IMG/VR virus record: IMGVR_UViG_3300031993_000067
Coordinates: 3,622 to 67,621 of that record
Direction: 5' to 3' (one strand)
DNA from: a virus
Taxonomy: Duplodnaviria; Caudoviricetes
DNA length: 64,000 bases
The notes beneath the pieces were generated by a model. That model did no database searches and was not told the DNA's origin. It saw only the letters and a list, made by a program, of their open reading frames with translations. The translations under genes were made by a program, and so were the position numbers. Shown piece after piece: positions 48,087 to 55,746 of this stretch; the first letter of the stretch is position 1; each line of letters starts with the position of its first letter.

Positions 48087-48449
48087 TCAAAGCCCCGCCC
48101 CCTTGATCCTGGCGGCGAAGGTGTGCGCCCCTATCTTTTCGAGAAGATAGACGGCGACCCGCGCGTCCAGGTTTCCAAGCAGCGCCGCACGGACGCAGCA
48201 GTCAAGTTGCAACAGCGGCATGCCGCAACCACCCCGGCGCCGGTAGTCCTGGAGCGCTTCACGAAGCACCCCCGCCAGGTAGTTAGGCTCCGCCTCCATC
48301 GCGGCGTATGTGTCGGACAGCTCAGGGCTGGCCGGGACCAGGGCCTCGCCCTCGCTCTCCTCGGTCCGTTTACGATCCAGGCGGCGAGCCAGGCCCCACA
48401 GTGCGCCAATGATTGCACCGACGCCCCAGCAAAGAAGAATTATTTTCAT
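48087..48449 (-). CDS. N-terminally anchored membrane protein (array)
   Basis: MKIILLCWGVGAIIGALWG. Confidence 0.6.
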   Translation of the reverse strand: MKIILLCWGVGAIIGALWGLARRLDRKRTEESEGEALVPASPELSDTYAAMEAEPNYLAGVLREALQDYRRRGGCGMPLLQLDCCVRAALLGNLDARVAVYLLEKIGAHTFAARIKGAGL

Positions 48450-48502
48450 AAGCCAGGAAATTAGATGGAAGGAGGGGAGCCGGTCAGGGCGCCCCTCCTT
48501 TG

Positions 48503-48934
48503 TTATTGCATTACAGTCATTAAGGCCATAAGGCCCATAGTTGCATGGACCTGGGCCTCGTTTTCCATAGGCGGGAGGTCCTGGAGGCGCTTTTTATTCT
48601 CCTCGGTCAGCCCGGCGTGAAGTTTCTGGAAGGCGCCAAACATCGCCTCGCAGCGCTCATTTTCCGCCGCAGCCTCCCCGTCGATCAGTTGACGCTTCAT
48701 TTCCGCCTGCATGTCCTTGGGGAACTTCCTAATCATGCCCTTGAGGGCTGTTTCATAATCGAAGCGTTCCCAGGTCCTATTGATATACGATACCTTCGTG
48801 TCCCGGACATCGTAGTCCAGCGACACGACCGTGTGACAGAACCCGTTCCGGGTCCAGGTGGTGTAACATTTGAAACGGTACTCCTTCCCGTTCACTTTGC
48901 AGGAAAACTCCTTGCAGTTTCTTTTCTGTGTCAT
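48503..48934 (-). CDS. Hypothetical protein (array)
   Basis: 143 aa, TRNGFCH...YINRTWERFDYE. Confidence 0.75.
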   Translation of the reverse strand: MTQKRNCKEFSCKVNGKEYRFKCYTTWTRNGFCHTVVSLDYDVRDTKVSYINRTWERFDYETALKGMIRKFPKDMQAEMKRQLIDGEAAAENERCEAMFGAFQKLHAGLTEENKKRLQDLPPMENEAQVHATMGLMALMTVMQ

Positions 48935-49003
48935 AATTGCAATTTTTAGAGGGTTTTGGAAGGGGAGCGGGGAATCACCCCCGCCCCTCTTTATTGCTGC
49001 CGT

Positions 49004-49249
49004 TTAGTCCTCGAAATAGCCGTCCACAAGCGACAACACAAAGTCCTCGCCGTGCGGCGTTTTCCCTTGCACCTCGAAGACATAAAAGCCCTTTTCGCGG
49101 TTAAAGAAATCGTCCTTGCGGGTGACCTCCCAGCCGGAGGCGATAAGATTGTCGCGCTCCTCGATCATGGCGGCCTTGGCGTGGTCCCAGTCCTTAAAAT
49201 ACCGATCACACCGGCGCCCGCCGACGGTCTTACAGTAGATTGTAAACAT
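49004..49249 (-). CDS. Small hypothetical protein (array)
   Basis: 81 aa with hairpin plus leader. Confidence 0.75.
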   Translation of the reverse strand: MFTIYCKTVGGRRCDRYFKDWDHAKAAMIEERDNLIASGWEVTRKDDFFNREKGFYVFEVQGKTPHGEDFVLSLVDGYFED

Positions 49250-49310
49250 AATGCAAAAGTTAGGGGTTTGGAGAAGAGGAGGGGAGTCACCCCCTCCCCC
49301 TCTTTTCTAT

Positions 49311-49514
49311 TTACGGCGTCACGATCACCAGGCGCCAGTCGCGCGGGGAGCTGTTACATTCATAACCGGCGCCCCGGAACGCTGCGACCAGGCGGCAGGC
49401 GTCGGCGGACGATCCAGCCCGGACTAAATATTTACCGTCTTCGTCCTCCCGGACATGCGGTTTCTGGAAACTGGCGCGAGGCGTCGCCAGGGCAATAGCT
49501 TTGATTTTGTCCAT
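49311..49514 (-). CDS. Small hypothetical protein (array)
   Basis: 67 aa with hairpin plus leader. Confidence 0.7.
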   Translation of the reverse strand: MDKIKAIALATPRASFQKPHVREDEDGKYLVRAGSSADACRLVAAFRGAGYECNSSPRDWRLVIVTP

Positions 49515-49574
49515 AATGCAGTATTTAAGGGGTTATTTGAGAGGCTGGGGGCTGTCACGCCCCCGGTCCCTTGA

Positions 49575-49799
49575 TCATGAAAACAGCACGTCCATTTCCG
49601 TAATATCCACGTCTGTGTCGTTTTCCTCACAGTAAGCCTGTACGCACTCGCAAATATCATTTGCGAGACCATAGTCCGCCTGCTCGATAGGGATTCTATA
49701 ACGATCACACAGGGAGATAGCGGCGGCGGCTCTAATATCGTAGTCGTCGATTCGCTCCCGGCAAAAGGCTTGCACGGCCTTGATTGTATTCTCGCTCAT
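49575..49799 (-). CDS. Small acidic protein (array)
   Basis: 74 aa, D/E-rich, with hairpin plus leader. Confidence 0.75.
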   Translation of the reverse strand: MSENTIKAVQAFCRERIDDYDIRAAAAISLCDRYRIPIEQADYGLANDICECVQAYCEENDTDVDITEMDVLFS

Positions 49800-49857
49800 A
49801 ACGCAAAATTTAAGGGGTTACTTGCAGCCTGCCAGGGGATCAACCCCGGCGGGCCGT

Positions 49858-50022
49858 TTAATATCTGGAGAAAAGGACGTCTTCGAGGACTTCCAGGCAC
49901 TGAGCCTTCCCCCACGCTGGCGCCCAGGAGCCCGGCGCGTAACGGTGCAAGCACTCAGAGACAAACCAGGCCGGGCAAAGCGCCAACAGCCATAACACAA
50001 TACGGATAGCTTTGTAATTCAT
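49858..50022 (-). CDS. Small hydrophobic protein (array, 54 aa; not in the ORF track)
   Basis: MNYKAIRIVLWLLALCPAWFVSECLHRYAPGSWAPAWGKAQCLEVLEDVLFSRY, flanked by two elements. Confidence 0.65.
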   Translation of the reverse strand: MNYKAIRIVLWLLALCPAWFVSECLHRYAPGSWAPAWGKAQCLEVLEDVLFSRY

Positions 50023-50076
50023 AACACAAGATTTTAGAGGTTTGGAAAGAGAGGGGACGGCCAGGCCCCCTCCCTT

Positions 50077-50286
50077 TTATTTGTCTTCCGTATGATAGCA
50101 AAGCGTATCCCCGGCGGTATGCTCATACACCCGGAAATTCGTCTTGAAGCCATCATTCTTTGCGGCCTCCTGGAGCCTGGCGGCAGCGCTAAGCGCTTTT
50201 TCCTTGTCGAAGTACAGGGAATGAATCCCGGACCAGCCCCGGGAAGATTGCCGGATTTCGTAAATCTTAGTGCGAATAACGATCAT
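50077..50286 (-). CDS. Small hypothetical protein (array)
   Basis: MIVIRTKIYE..., leader directly upstream. Confidence 0.7.
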   Translation of the reverse strand: MIVIRTKIYEIRQSSRGWSGIHSLYFDKEKALSAAARLQEAAKNDGFKTNFRVYEHTAGDTLCYHTEDK

Positions 50287-50342
50287 AATGCAAAAATTTA
50301 GGGGGTTTGAAAGGGGAGGGGCGGTCAAGCCCCGGCCCTTTG

Positions 50343-50483
50343 TTAGCCTTCGTAATATTCACGAATAATTACAGCGCCATTCTCTTTGATAAGGTCAGGG
50401 AGGAGGACCGCCAGCTCCCCGGCGTCAACTGCCGTATCTAAAATGATACAGCCAGTTTCTTTGTTTAAAACTTCGAATAACAT
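50343..50483 (-). CDS. Small hypothetical protein (array, 46 aa)
   Basis: MLFEVLNKETGC...; ATG start follows the element at 50484-50544. Confidence 0.6.
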   Translation of the reverse strand: MLFEVLNKETGCIILDTAVDAGELAVLLPDLIKENGAVIIREYYEG

Positions 50484-50544
50484 TGCACAGGAGTTTAAAA
50501 GGTTTGCAGCCTGGCCCCCGGTCAAAGGAGCCAGGCCGGAAATG

Positions 50545-50811
50545 TTAACTAACAAGATACGACCCGCCAGGAGTCTCTACGCGAAGCCCGCCAGGGACCC
50601 GCCAGCCGCAAGAGAAACCAAAGCTATTATACGAAATGATTCTGAAATCTTCGCCGCCTTCGTTTTCCATCATGTTTTTGCAGTCTCTTTCCGCCAGCGC
50701 CTTTGCGCACGAAAAACGACCGTAACAGTCGGAAAGGGTTGAATCTGTCGAAAGATCATACATTTTGATCCAGCGCTTGCCGCGCTTGATGGTGCTGTTG
50801 ATTTGTTCCAT
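50545..50811 (-). CDS. Small hypothetical protein (array)
   Basis: 88 aa, YGRFSCAK...IISYNSFGFSCGW. Confidence 0.75.
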   Translation of the reverse strand: MEQINSTIKRGKRWIKMYDLSTDSTLSDCYGRFSCAKALAERDCKNMMENEGGEDFRIISYNSFGFSCGWRVPGGLRVETPGGSYLVS

Positions 50812-50875
50812 AATGCAATTTTTTAGAGGGTTAAAGAGAACCCCGGCCAGCGGTCAAGCGGGCCGGGATTGATAG

Positions 50876-51202
50876 CTAAGAAATGAAGTACAAAACGCCG
50901 TCAATTTCCAGGCTGATAGCTTCCTGTTGCATGATCTTGCAAAGGTCCTTACAATAAGCGACGACCGCGCGACGGTTACGAAGTTTTTGAGCCAGGCTGC
51001 AAAAGCCCACACAAATAGTTACATTTTCCAGGACAAGCCCGGCGGACTGAGAGACCCAAGCGCCGCGAACGTCGTAACTTGTCGCACCGCCGAAAAGCCC
51101 GGAAAGGAAAGAAAGCGTATTTTCAACCTGCTTTGAGTTGTCGCAAGACTCAGAAACGGCGACCGTCGAAGGTACGTAAATTTTGAAATTGTGGCGTAAC
51201 AT
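50876..51202 (-). CDS. First array gene, ferredoxin/PII-like fold candidate
   Basis: MLRHNFKIYVPST...FGGATSY...GAW...MQQEAISLEIDG. Confidence 0.7.
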   Translation of the reverse strand: MLRHNFKIYVPSTVAVSESCDNSKQVENTLSFLSGLFGGATSYDVRGAWVSQSAGLVLENVTICVGFCSLAQKLRNRRAVVAYCKDLCKIMQQEAISLEIDGVLYFIS

Positions 51203-51418
51203 AATGCAGTTATTTAGAGATTTGAAGCCCGCCACGCCGCGAAGCGTGACAGGCTGTATTTGTCGGTTTTCCGATCCACCGAAAAGCTAAGAAGAAGAAA
51301 GTTTATTTACTTTCCGTTTCCCTTTGTAAGCCGGGCGTATCTACCTGCAAACCGTAAGCCGGGAAACTGTCAAAGGCTGGCCGCGAGTGTGGTTAATTCG
51401 TTTCGTTCCTTTGCCTAC

Positions 51419-51452
51419 ACAAATATAACTCAAATATTTTAAACTACAAAAT
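51419..51452 (-). promoter_or_regulatory. Early promoter copy 1 (head of the array)
   Basis: TTTTGTAG-TTTAAAATATT-TGAG-TTATATTTG on the minus strand. Confidence 0.75.
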
Positions 51453-51514
51453 ATTCAGACACTTTTTTTCATCAAAATATCAAATAAATATTTTTAATAA
51501 TATACCTTTGCAGC

Positions 51515-51781
51515 ATGGAAACAAATCAAGTACTTGAGCGGGTCCGCTCGATCATGAAGGACCGGAAAATAACACAAAAGGACCTTGCCGCAAGGCTGGG
51601 AGTTAGCCAAAACCAAGTTAGCCAGTATCTGGCAGGAGTGCCACGCCTGGATACATTCCTAAAAATTGCCGCCGCGCTGGGGCTGGAAGCCGCCGAACTC
51701 CTGAAAGACGAAGCGCCGACCACCACAACAGCCGCAATTTGCCCCCAGTGCGGAAAGAAGCTAACTATAACCCTGAAATGA
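51515..51781 (+). CDS. XRE-family HTH regulator with C-terminal Zn ribbon
   Basis: ITQKDLAARLGVSQNQVSQYL; CPQCGKKL; TACCTTTG immediately upstream (near-leaderless). Confidence 0.85.
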   Translation: METNQVLERVRSIMKDRKITQKDLAARLGVSQNQVSQYLAGVPRLDTFLKIAAALGLEAAELLKDEAPTTTTAAICPQCGKKLTITLK

Positions 51782-51847
51782 AACTTATATCGTACACGAT
51801 ACGAGTTTCACCAAAAAAGTTTCAAAAGTTTCAAATCTTTGTGACCC

Positions 51848-52417
51848 ATGCCCGGACAGACTACCAAATTAACGAACCGCGAAAGAGCCGCCATTTTACT
51901 CCACGCCGCAGGACTGGAGGACGACTGGACCGAACTCTATTTTATAGCCGAGGACAAAAGCAGGAAAGACGCCGAAAGTGTTAAATTTGTCGCTGCAAGC
52001 GTTTCCAGATGGAAAAACAGCGACAAAATTAAAAACTGCCTTTCCGAGTTTCGCAAACTCCTGGCCGACCGAGAAGCGGACGCCAGGACCGAAGGACGCG
52101 AGGAAGGAAGAAGGACCGAGGCCGAGAGGATGAACAAAGGCGGAGGAAGTGAACCCACCGAAAGCAACCGCCGCCGCGAAGTTGCCGCCGCCGTTGACTA
52201 TTACGACCCCGAAAACCAGCGCAAGCAGATAAATAGAATCATTCAGGAGTCAAGCGACGACCCGAAAACGCAGTTAGACGCGATCAAAGCCATACAACAG
52301 ACCCAAAGAGACGACAAACAGGCCGCCAGAGACCAAAAACAGGTCCGGGCATACTTGCCGCAACGCTGTGAAACTTGCCCTCTCTACATTAAAGCCCGCG
52401 AAAGGACTATAAAATAG
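51848..52417 (+). CDS. Terminase small subunit-like protein
   Basis: Y..AE......AASVSRW HTH pattern, charged linker, C-terminal CETCPLY; followed by a G-run and pac-like region. Confidence 0.5.
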   Translation: MPGQTTKLTNRERAAILLHAAGLEDDWTELYFIAEDKSRKDAESVKFVAASVSRWKNSDKIKNCLSEFRKLLADREADARTEGREEGRRTEAERMNKGGGSEPTESNRRREVAAAVDYYDPENQRKQINRIIQESSDDPKTQLDAIKAIQQTQRDDKQAARDQKQVRAYLPQRCETCPLYIKARERTIK

Positions 52418-52429
52418 GTATTTTGTAAG

Positions 52430-52840
52430 CGACCGGCGAAGCGATCCAGCGGGCGGGAAGGGGACCGGGGGGGGGCAAACCACCAACGAAGGAAACGCTC
52501 TCCCTATCCTCCGAAATATTTTTTCTCAAATTTTTTTTCTTGCAATTTACGACAAATGCAAAATCTGCATGCTGTAAAGTGTTGATACAGAGCGTTTCGT
52601 AAATTTCGTAAATCTTTTTTAGGGCTTTACGCAGGAGAGATAAAATATATATATAGAAAGGACTGAAAAAAATATACGAGATTTACGAAGTCCTGATTAT
52701 CAATGCGTTAGCTGGTGTAAAAGTTGCAAATTTCGTAAATTGGTGTAAATTGGGTTAGGATTCGGCGTTTTGCATAAAAATAGTTTCATAAAAAGCAACA
52801 CATAGTTGTTTTAAGTGAAACTATTTTTTATCTTTGCGGT
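52430..52840. other. Non-coding ori/pac-like region with heptamer repeats and IHF-like boxes
   Basis: G9 at 52467-52475; five TTTACGA/TCGTAAA copies; TATCAANNNNTTA at 52575-52587 (-) and 52698-52710 (+). Confidence 0.5.
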
Positions 52841-53173
52841 ATGACAAGGAAAGAAGAAAGGATATTGTCGGAGTTATACCCCGGCGTGTCAAGTTTCACG
52901 GACGAGCAGGTCGCGTTCGCGCACCGAGCCATTGAAATCTGCAACAGGGACGCGAAGCGTTCGAGGATTCCCCGTACCGACATCGGCATTGGGGAAACTT
53001 TTTTCCGCAAGGGCAAGCGGTACAGGTGTATTCCTCGCCGCCGTGTTGGTTTGCCTTGCGAGGCGTGTTCCGGGTGCGCGTTCAATCAGTCGGATGCGAA
53101 GTGTGCCGGATTGCGATGCTCGAAGTTCGACCGCAGTGACGGCAACAATGTCTGGTTCGAGGAGGTTGTATGA
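52841..53173 (+). CDS. Cys-containing hypothetical protein
   Basis: CEACSGCAF...C...C...DG..VWF; TATCTTTG 4 nt upstream of ATG. Confidence 0.7.
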   Translation: MTRKEERILSELYPGVSSFTDEQVAFAHRAIEICNRDAKRSRIPRTDIGIGETFFRKGKRYRCIPRRRVGLPCEACSGCAFNQSDAKCAGLRCSKFDRSDGNNVWFEEVV

Positions 53174-54489
53174 TTTCCATTCTGCGTGAGGAGTTTTCGG
53201 GGCTGTTGACGGCGAGGGCGGAGCCTTTGTCGTCGGTGTTGTCTGTACGCGCGGTGAAAGACCGTGTGGACTCCTTGACGCTATTTTGCCGGGAGTTGTT
53301 GCGGTCGTCGTCGTTGTGTCTGGTGGATGGTGATCTGCATGTCTTCGATGGTCGGAGTTATGTGTCGTGTTCGCGGGCTGATGTGGTGGCTGTGCTGGGG
53401 AATGTGCTTGTGGATGGAGGGGTGTCGCCGACGGATGTCCGGATGATGTCTGACATGCCGATGTCGGTGATTGGTGAGCGGTCGTTCCGTTCCGGCCGTC
53501 TTCTCTGTTTCCAGAACGGCGTGTACGACCTGGACGACGGCTCGTTCACGGAGGGTTTCAGTGCGGATCGTGTGTGTACGGAGCGGATGGAGTACCGATA
53601 CGACCCTTCTGCCGGATGTGCGGCATGGGAGGCGTTTCTTTGCGAGGTGTTGCCTGATGCTTCGGTGCGGAGCGTCCTCCAGGAGTTCTTCGGCATGGTC
53701 TTTCTGGACCGAGAGCGGTTGAGCGTGGAGAAGTTCGCGTTGATGGTTGGTTCCGGTGCGAATGGGAAGAGCGTAATCGGCAATGTGATGCGCAGGGTGC
53801 TTGGTGCATCCGGTGTCACCTCTCTGGACACGGCTCAGTTGCGGGACGAGAAGATGTTGCCATTCATCGGGAAGCGGTTGAATTTCGTCCCGGACATGGC
53901 GCGGAACAAGGACTTCGACTCGGCGATCAAGGCGCTTGCCTCCGGCCAGGAGGTGACTGCGAGGCGTAATTACCAGGACCCGGAGCGGGTGAAGTGTCCG
54001 CCGTTGTGTTTCGCCCTGAACGAGTTGCCGGTCTTCCGCGACCTCACGCCCGCTTTCTTCCGCCGTCTGCTGCTCTTCCGGTTCGACGTACAGATCCCGT
54101 CGGAGCGTCAAGACAGGACGCTGGCCGACCGGTTGTGCGCGACGGACCTGCCGGGCATCTTCAACTGGGTGATTACCGGGCGTGACCGGCTCATCCTGAA
54201 CGGCGGCGAGTTCACTCCTTGTCCGAAGATGGACGGCGAGCTGGAGTCGATGCGCCGGGAGGTGTCCGCCTGTTCGTACCCGGCGCGGGCGTACCTGGAG
54301 AGCCGTGGCTACTCGGTACGTCCGGAGTTCGACGGCCAGACGCCTGTGCTGGTCTCTCAGAACGAGATCGCGCTGGGCTTGCGCGACACGGTGTCGCGTT
54401 ACATGATCACGGCGGAACTCAAGCGCCTTGGCGTCCAGACTTTCCGGAGCAAGGAGCTGTTCTACAAGGTATATCCCAAAACGAAATAG
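53170..54489 (+). CDS. P4/D5-like SF3 helicase (primase-associated C-terminal part)
   Basis: LCFQNGVYDL (D5_N), WEAFLCEVLPD, GSGANGKS Walker A, FALNELP, FFRRL. Confidence 0.85.
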   Translation: MISILREEFSGLLTARAEPLSSVLSVRAVKDRVDSLTLFCRELLRSSSLCLVDGDLHVFDGRSYVSCSRADVVAVLGNVLVDGGVSPTDVRMMSDMPMSVIGERSFRSGRLLCFQNGVYDLDDGSFTEGFSADRVCTERMEYRYDPSAGCAAWEAFLCEVLPDASVRSVLQEFFGMVFLDRERLSVEKFALMVGSGANGKSVIGNVMRRVLGASGVTSLDTAQLRDEKMLPFIGKRLNFVPDMARNKDFDSAIKALASGQEVTARRNYQDPERVKCPPLCFALNELPVFRDLTPAFFRRLLLFRFDVQIPSERQDRTLADRLCATDLPGIFNWVITGRDRLILNGGEFTPCPKMDGELESMRREVSACSYPARAYLESRGYSVRPEFDGQTPVLVSQNEIALGLRDTVSRYMITAELKRLGVQTFRSKELFYKVYPKTK

Positions 54490-54491
54490 AA

Positions 54492-54932
54492 ATGAAAGCA
54501 TTGAAAGACAAAATCAAGCTCGACGCGAACGAGCGGCGTGTGGGTAACTTCGTCATCCGCGACGAGGAGAACCACATGAAGGTCATGGACATCAACTCCC
54601 TCTTCACGCACCGTGTGGCGAAAGGCGTACCGGTCGGTATGTTCCTCAAGCAGCTCTACGACGAGATCAAGGGGGGCAGGAGCGACGGCAACGGGCTTCA
54701 CAACTGGCTCGCGGTCATCTTCTCCGTCTTCTCGTGCATCCCGGACCAGGAGTACCTGGAGAACGTCTTCAAGGAGACGGAGGCGTGTATGAAGCGTCAT
54801 CCGGAGTGCTACGGCATGAAGCTGGACGGCACGGAGGAGGAGGATGCCGCCGCCGCGCAGGAGGTGAAGGAGATGATGGGTTTCGAGGAGGAGGTCAAGG
54901 AGATGGTCGGGAACGATGGCCGGTCTGAGTAA
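54492..54932 (+). CDS. Hypothetical protein
   Basis: MKALKDKIKL..., acidic C-terminus. Confidence 0.7.
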   Translation: MKALKDKIKLDANERRVGNFVIRDEENHMKVMDINSLFTHRVAKGVPVGMFLKQLYDEIKGGRSDGNGLHNWLAVIFSVFSCIPDQEYLENVFKETEACMKRHPECYGMKLDGTEEEDAAAAQEVKEMMGFEEEVKEMVGNDGRSE

Positions 54933-55134
54933 TTTCCAGTGCGGATGGCGCCGCATCGCCTGCCGTGTGATCCTGTGGTTCAACGGTCTGCTTCGCGGTC
55001 TTGGGAGGTGGCTTTTCCACCTCTCATTCGCCGGGGTGCAGACCAGGCTGTATAAGCGGTGGTACATCGAGCGCCAGGAGCGTATGACTGTTGACGAAAT
55101 CAGAATGACGTATGGCGGTGGAACGGAGTCTTGA
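54916..55134 (+). CDS. Small hypothetical protein
   Basis: 72 aa overlapping both neighbours. Confidence 0.55.
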   Translation: MAGLSNFQCGWRRIACRVILWFNGLLRGLGRWLFHLSFAGVQTRLYKRWYIERQERMTVDEIRMTYGGGTES

Positions 55135-55627
55135 TCTCGGTCTGGCGGAAATAAGAAGTAGTATGGCCATACCTACACAACCCATAGATTTCAGCCCGTC
55201 GAAGGTCTTTCTCCAGAAACTTGACGGGTCGGAGCCGCCGATCGTCGGCGAGTTCCCATCGGCTCCACCTCTGCCGAAAAAGGTGGGTGGGGAACGGTGG
55301 TGGACGGGATGCGACACCGGCCCGGGATTCGGCGAGACCGTATTGACCGCAGAGGTGTCCGTTCCGCCGGAGGCCGTCGCGGAGTTGAAGCGTATGGCGC
55401 AGCAAGCTCTCCTCGACACTTTGGTTAATGTGATTCGGAAAGCGCGATACATAGACCGCTATTTTCACGTTTTTCATTTGACGGAGGAGATATATCGGCG
55501 CGATTCCGCCCTCTGCCACCGGCTCCACCGGATGAACCTCACCAGATACCTCCGCTCCAAATGCCTCTATCCGGCCCGTGGCATCCGCGTCACCCTCAAG
55601 AGCGGCGCGGTGGTCTGGCGGAAATAA
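55112..55627 (+). CDS. Hypothetical protein
   Basis: 171 aa, last gene of the rightward unit. Confidence 0.7.
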   Translation: MAVERSLDLGLAEIRSSMAIPTQPIDFSPSKVFLQKLDGSEPPIVGEFPSAPPLPKKVGGERWWTGCDTGPGFGETVLTAEVSVPPEAVAELKRMAQQALLDTLVNVIRKARYIDRYFHVFHLTEEIYRRDSALCHRLHRMNLTRYLRSKCLYPARGIRVTLKSGAVVWRK

Positions 55628-55694
55628 AAAAAGCCGCCCACACATCTCTGCGTGGACGGCACCTCTAAATTTTGCATTACGGATTTAAAAATCC
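55626..55694 (-). ncRNA. Putative trans-acting small RNA antisense to the shared start-codon leader of the array genes
   Basis: GGAUUUUUAAAUCC hairpin + GUAAUGCAAAAUUUAGAGGU seed + GCCGUCCACGC/GUGUGGGCGGC terminator + U7; own promoter. Confidence 0.75.
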
Positions 55695-55698
55695 AGTG

Positions 55699-55729
55699 CA
55701 AAGATAGTGAATCCGGAGGGGAAATCAAA
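55699..55729 (-). promoter_or_regulatory. Consensus Bacteroidetes primary-sigma promoter for the sRNA
   Basis: -33 TTTG (55726-55729), 19-nt spacer, -7 TATCTTTG (55699-55706). Confidence 0.8.
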
Positions 55730-55746
55730 GCCTCTCCGGATTTTTC

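Larger units (their letters stand above)
42570..51260 (-). repeat. Dispersed intergenic element: GC-rich hairpin (mostly NUGAYN loops) plus conserved leader ending in ATG; 17 hairpin copies counted
   Basis: Loops near 42583, 43894, 44484, 45450, 46999, 47669, 48084, 48482, 48973, 49285, 49553, 49839, 50059, 50323, 50520, 50852 and 51238. Confidence 0.85.

Noticed and set aside
44443-51225. Array leader as a leaderless TAnnTTTG promoter before each gene
   Set aside because: The spacing is usually TA-nnn(n)-TTTG rather than TAnnTTTG, there is no -33 box, and at ardA the motif lies downstream of a genuine promoter.
42570-51260. CRISPR array
   Set aside because: The repeats are degenerate, separated by whole genes of variable length, and there are no cas genes. 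The PD-(D/E)XK nuclease sits in a normal ERF/SSB recombination module.
43021-51260. Canonical integron
   Set aside because: I see no RYYYAAC/GTTRRRY attC boxes or IntI-specific insertion, and the recombinase is co-oriented at the distal end. Kept only as a loose analogy.
53281-54501. Long opposite-strand ORFs (also 35418-36845, 28645-29682, 21840-22763, 41275-42360)
   Set aside because: They are shadow frames of GC3-rich genes with clear family motifs on the other strand, and they have no recognisable motifs themselves.
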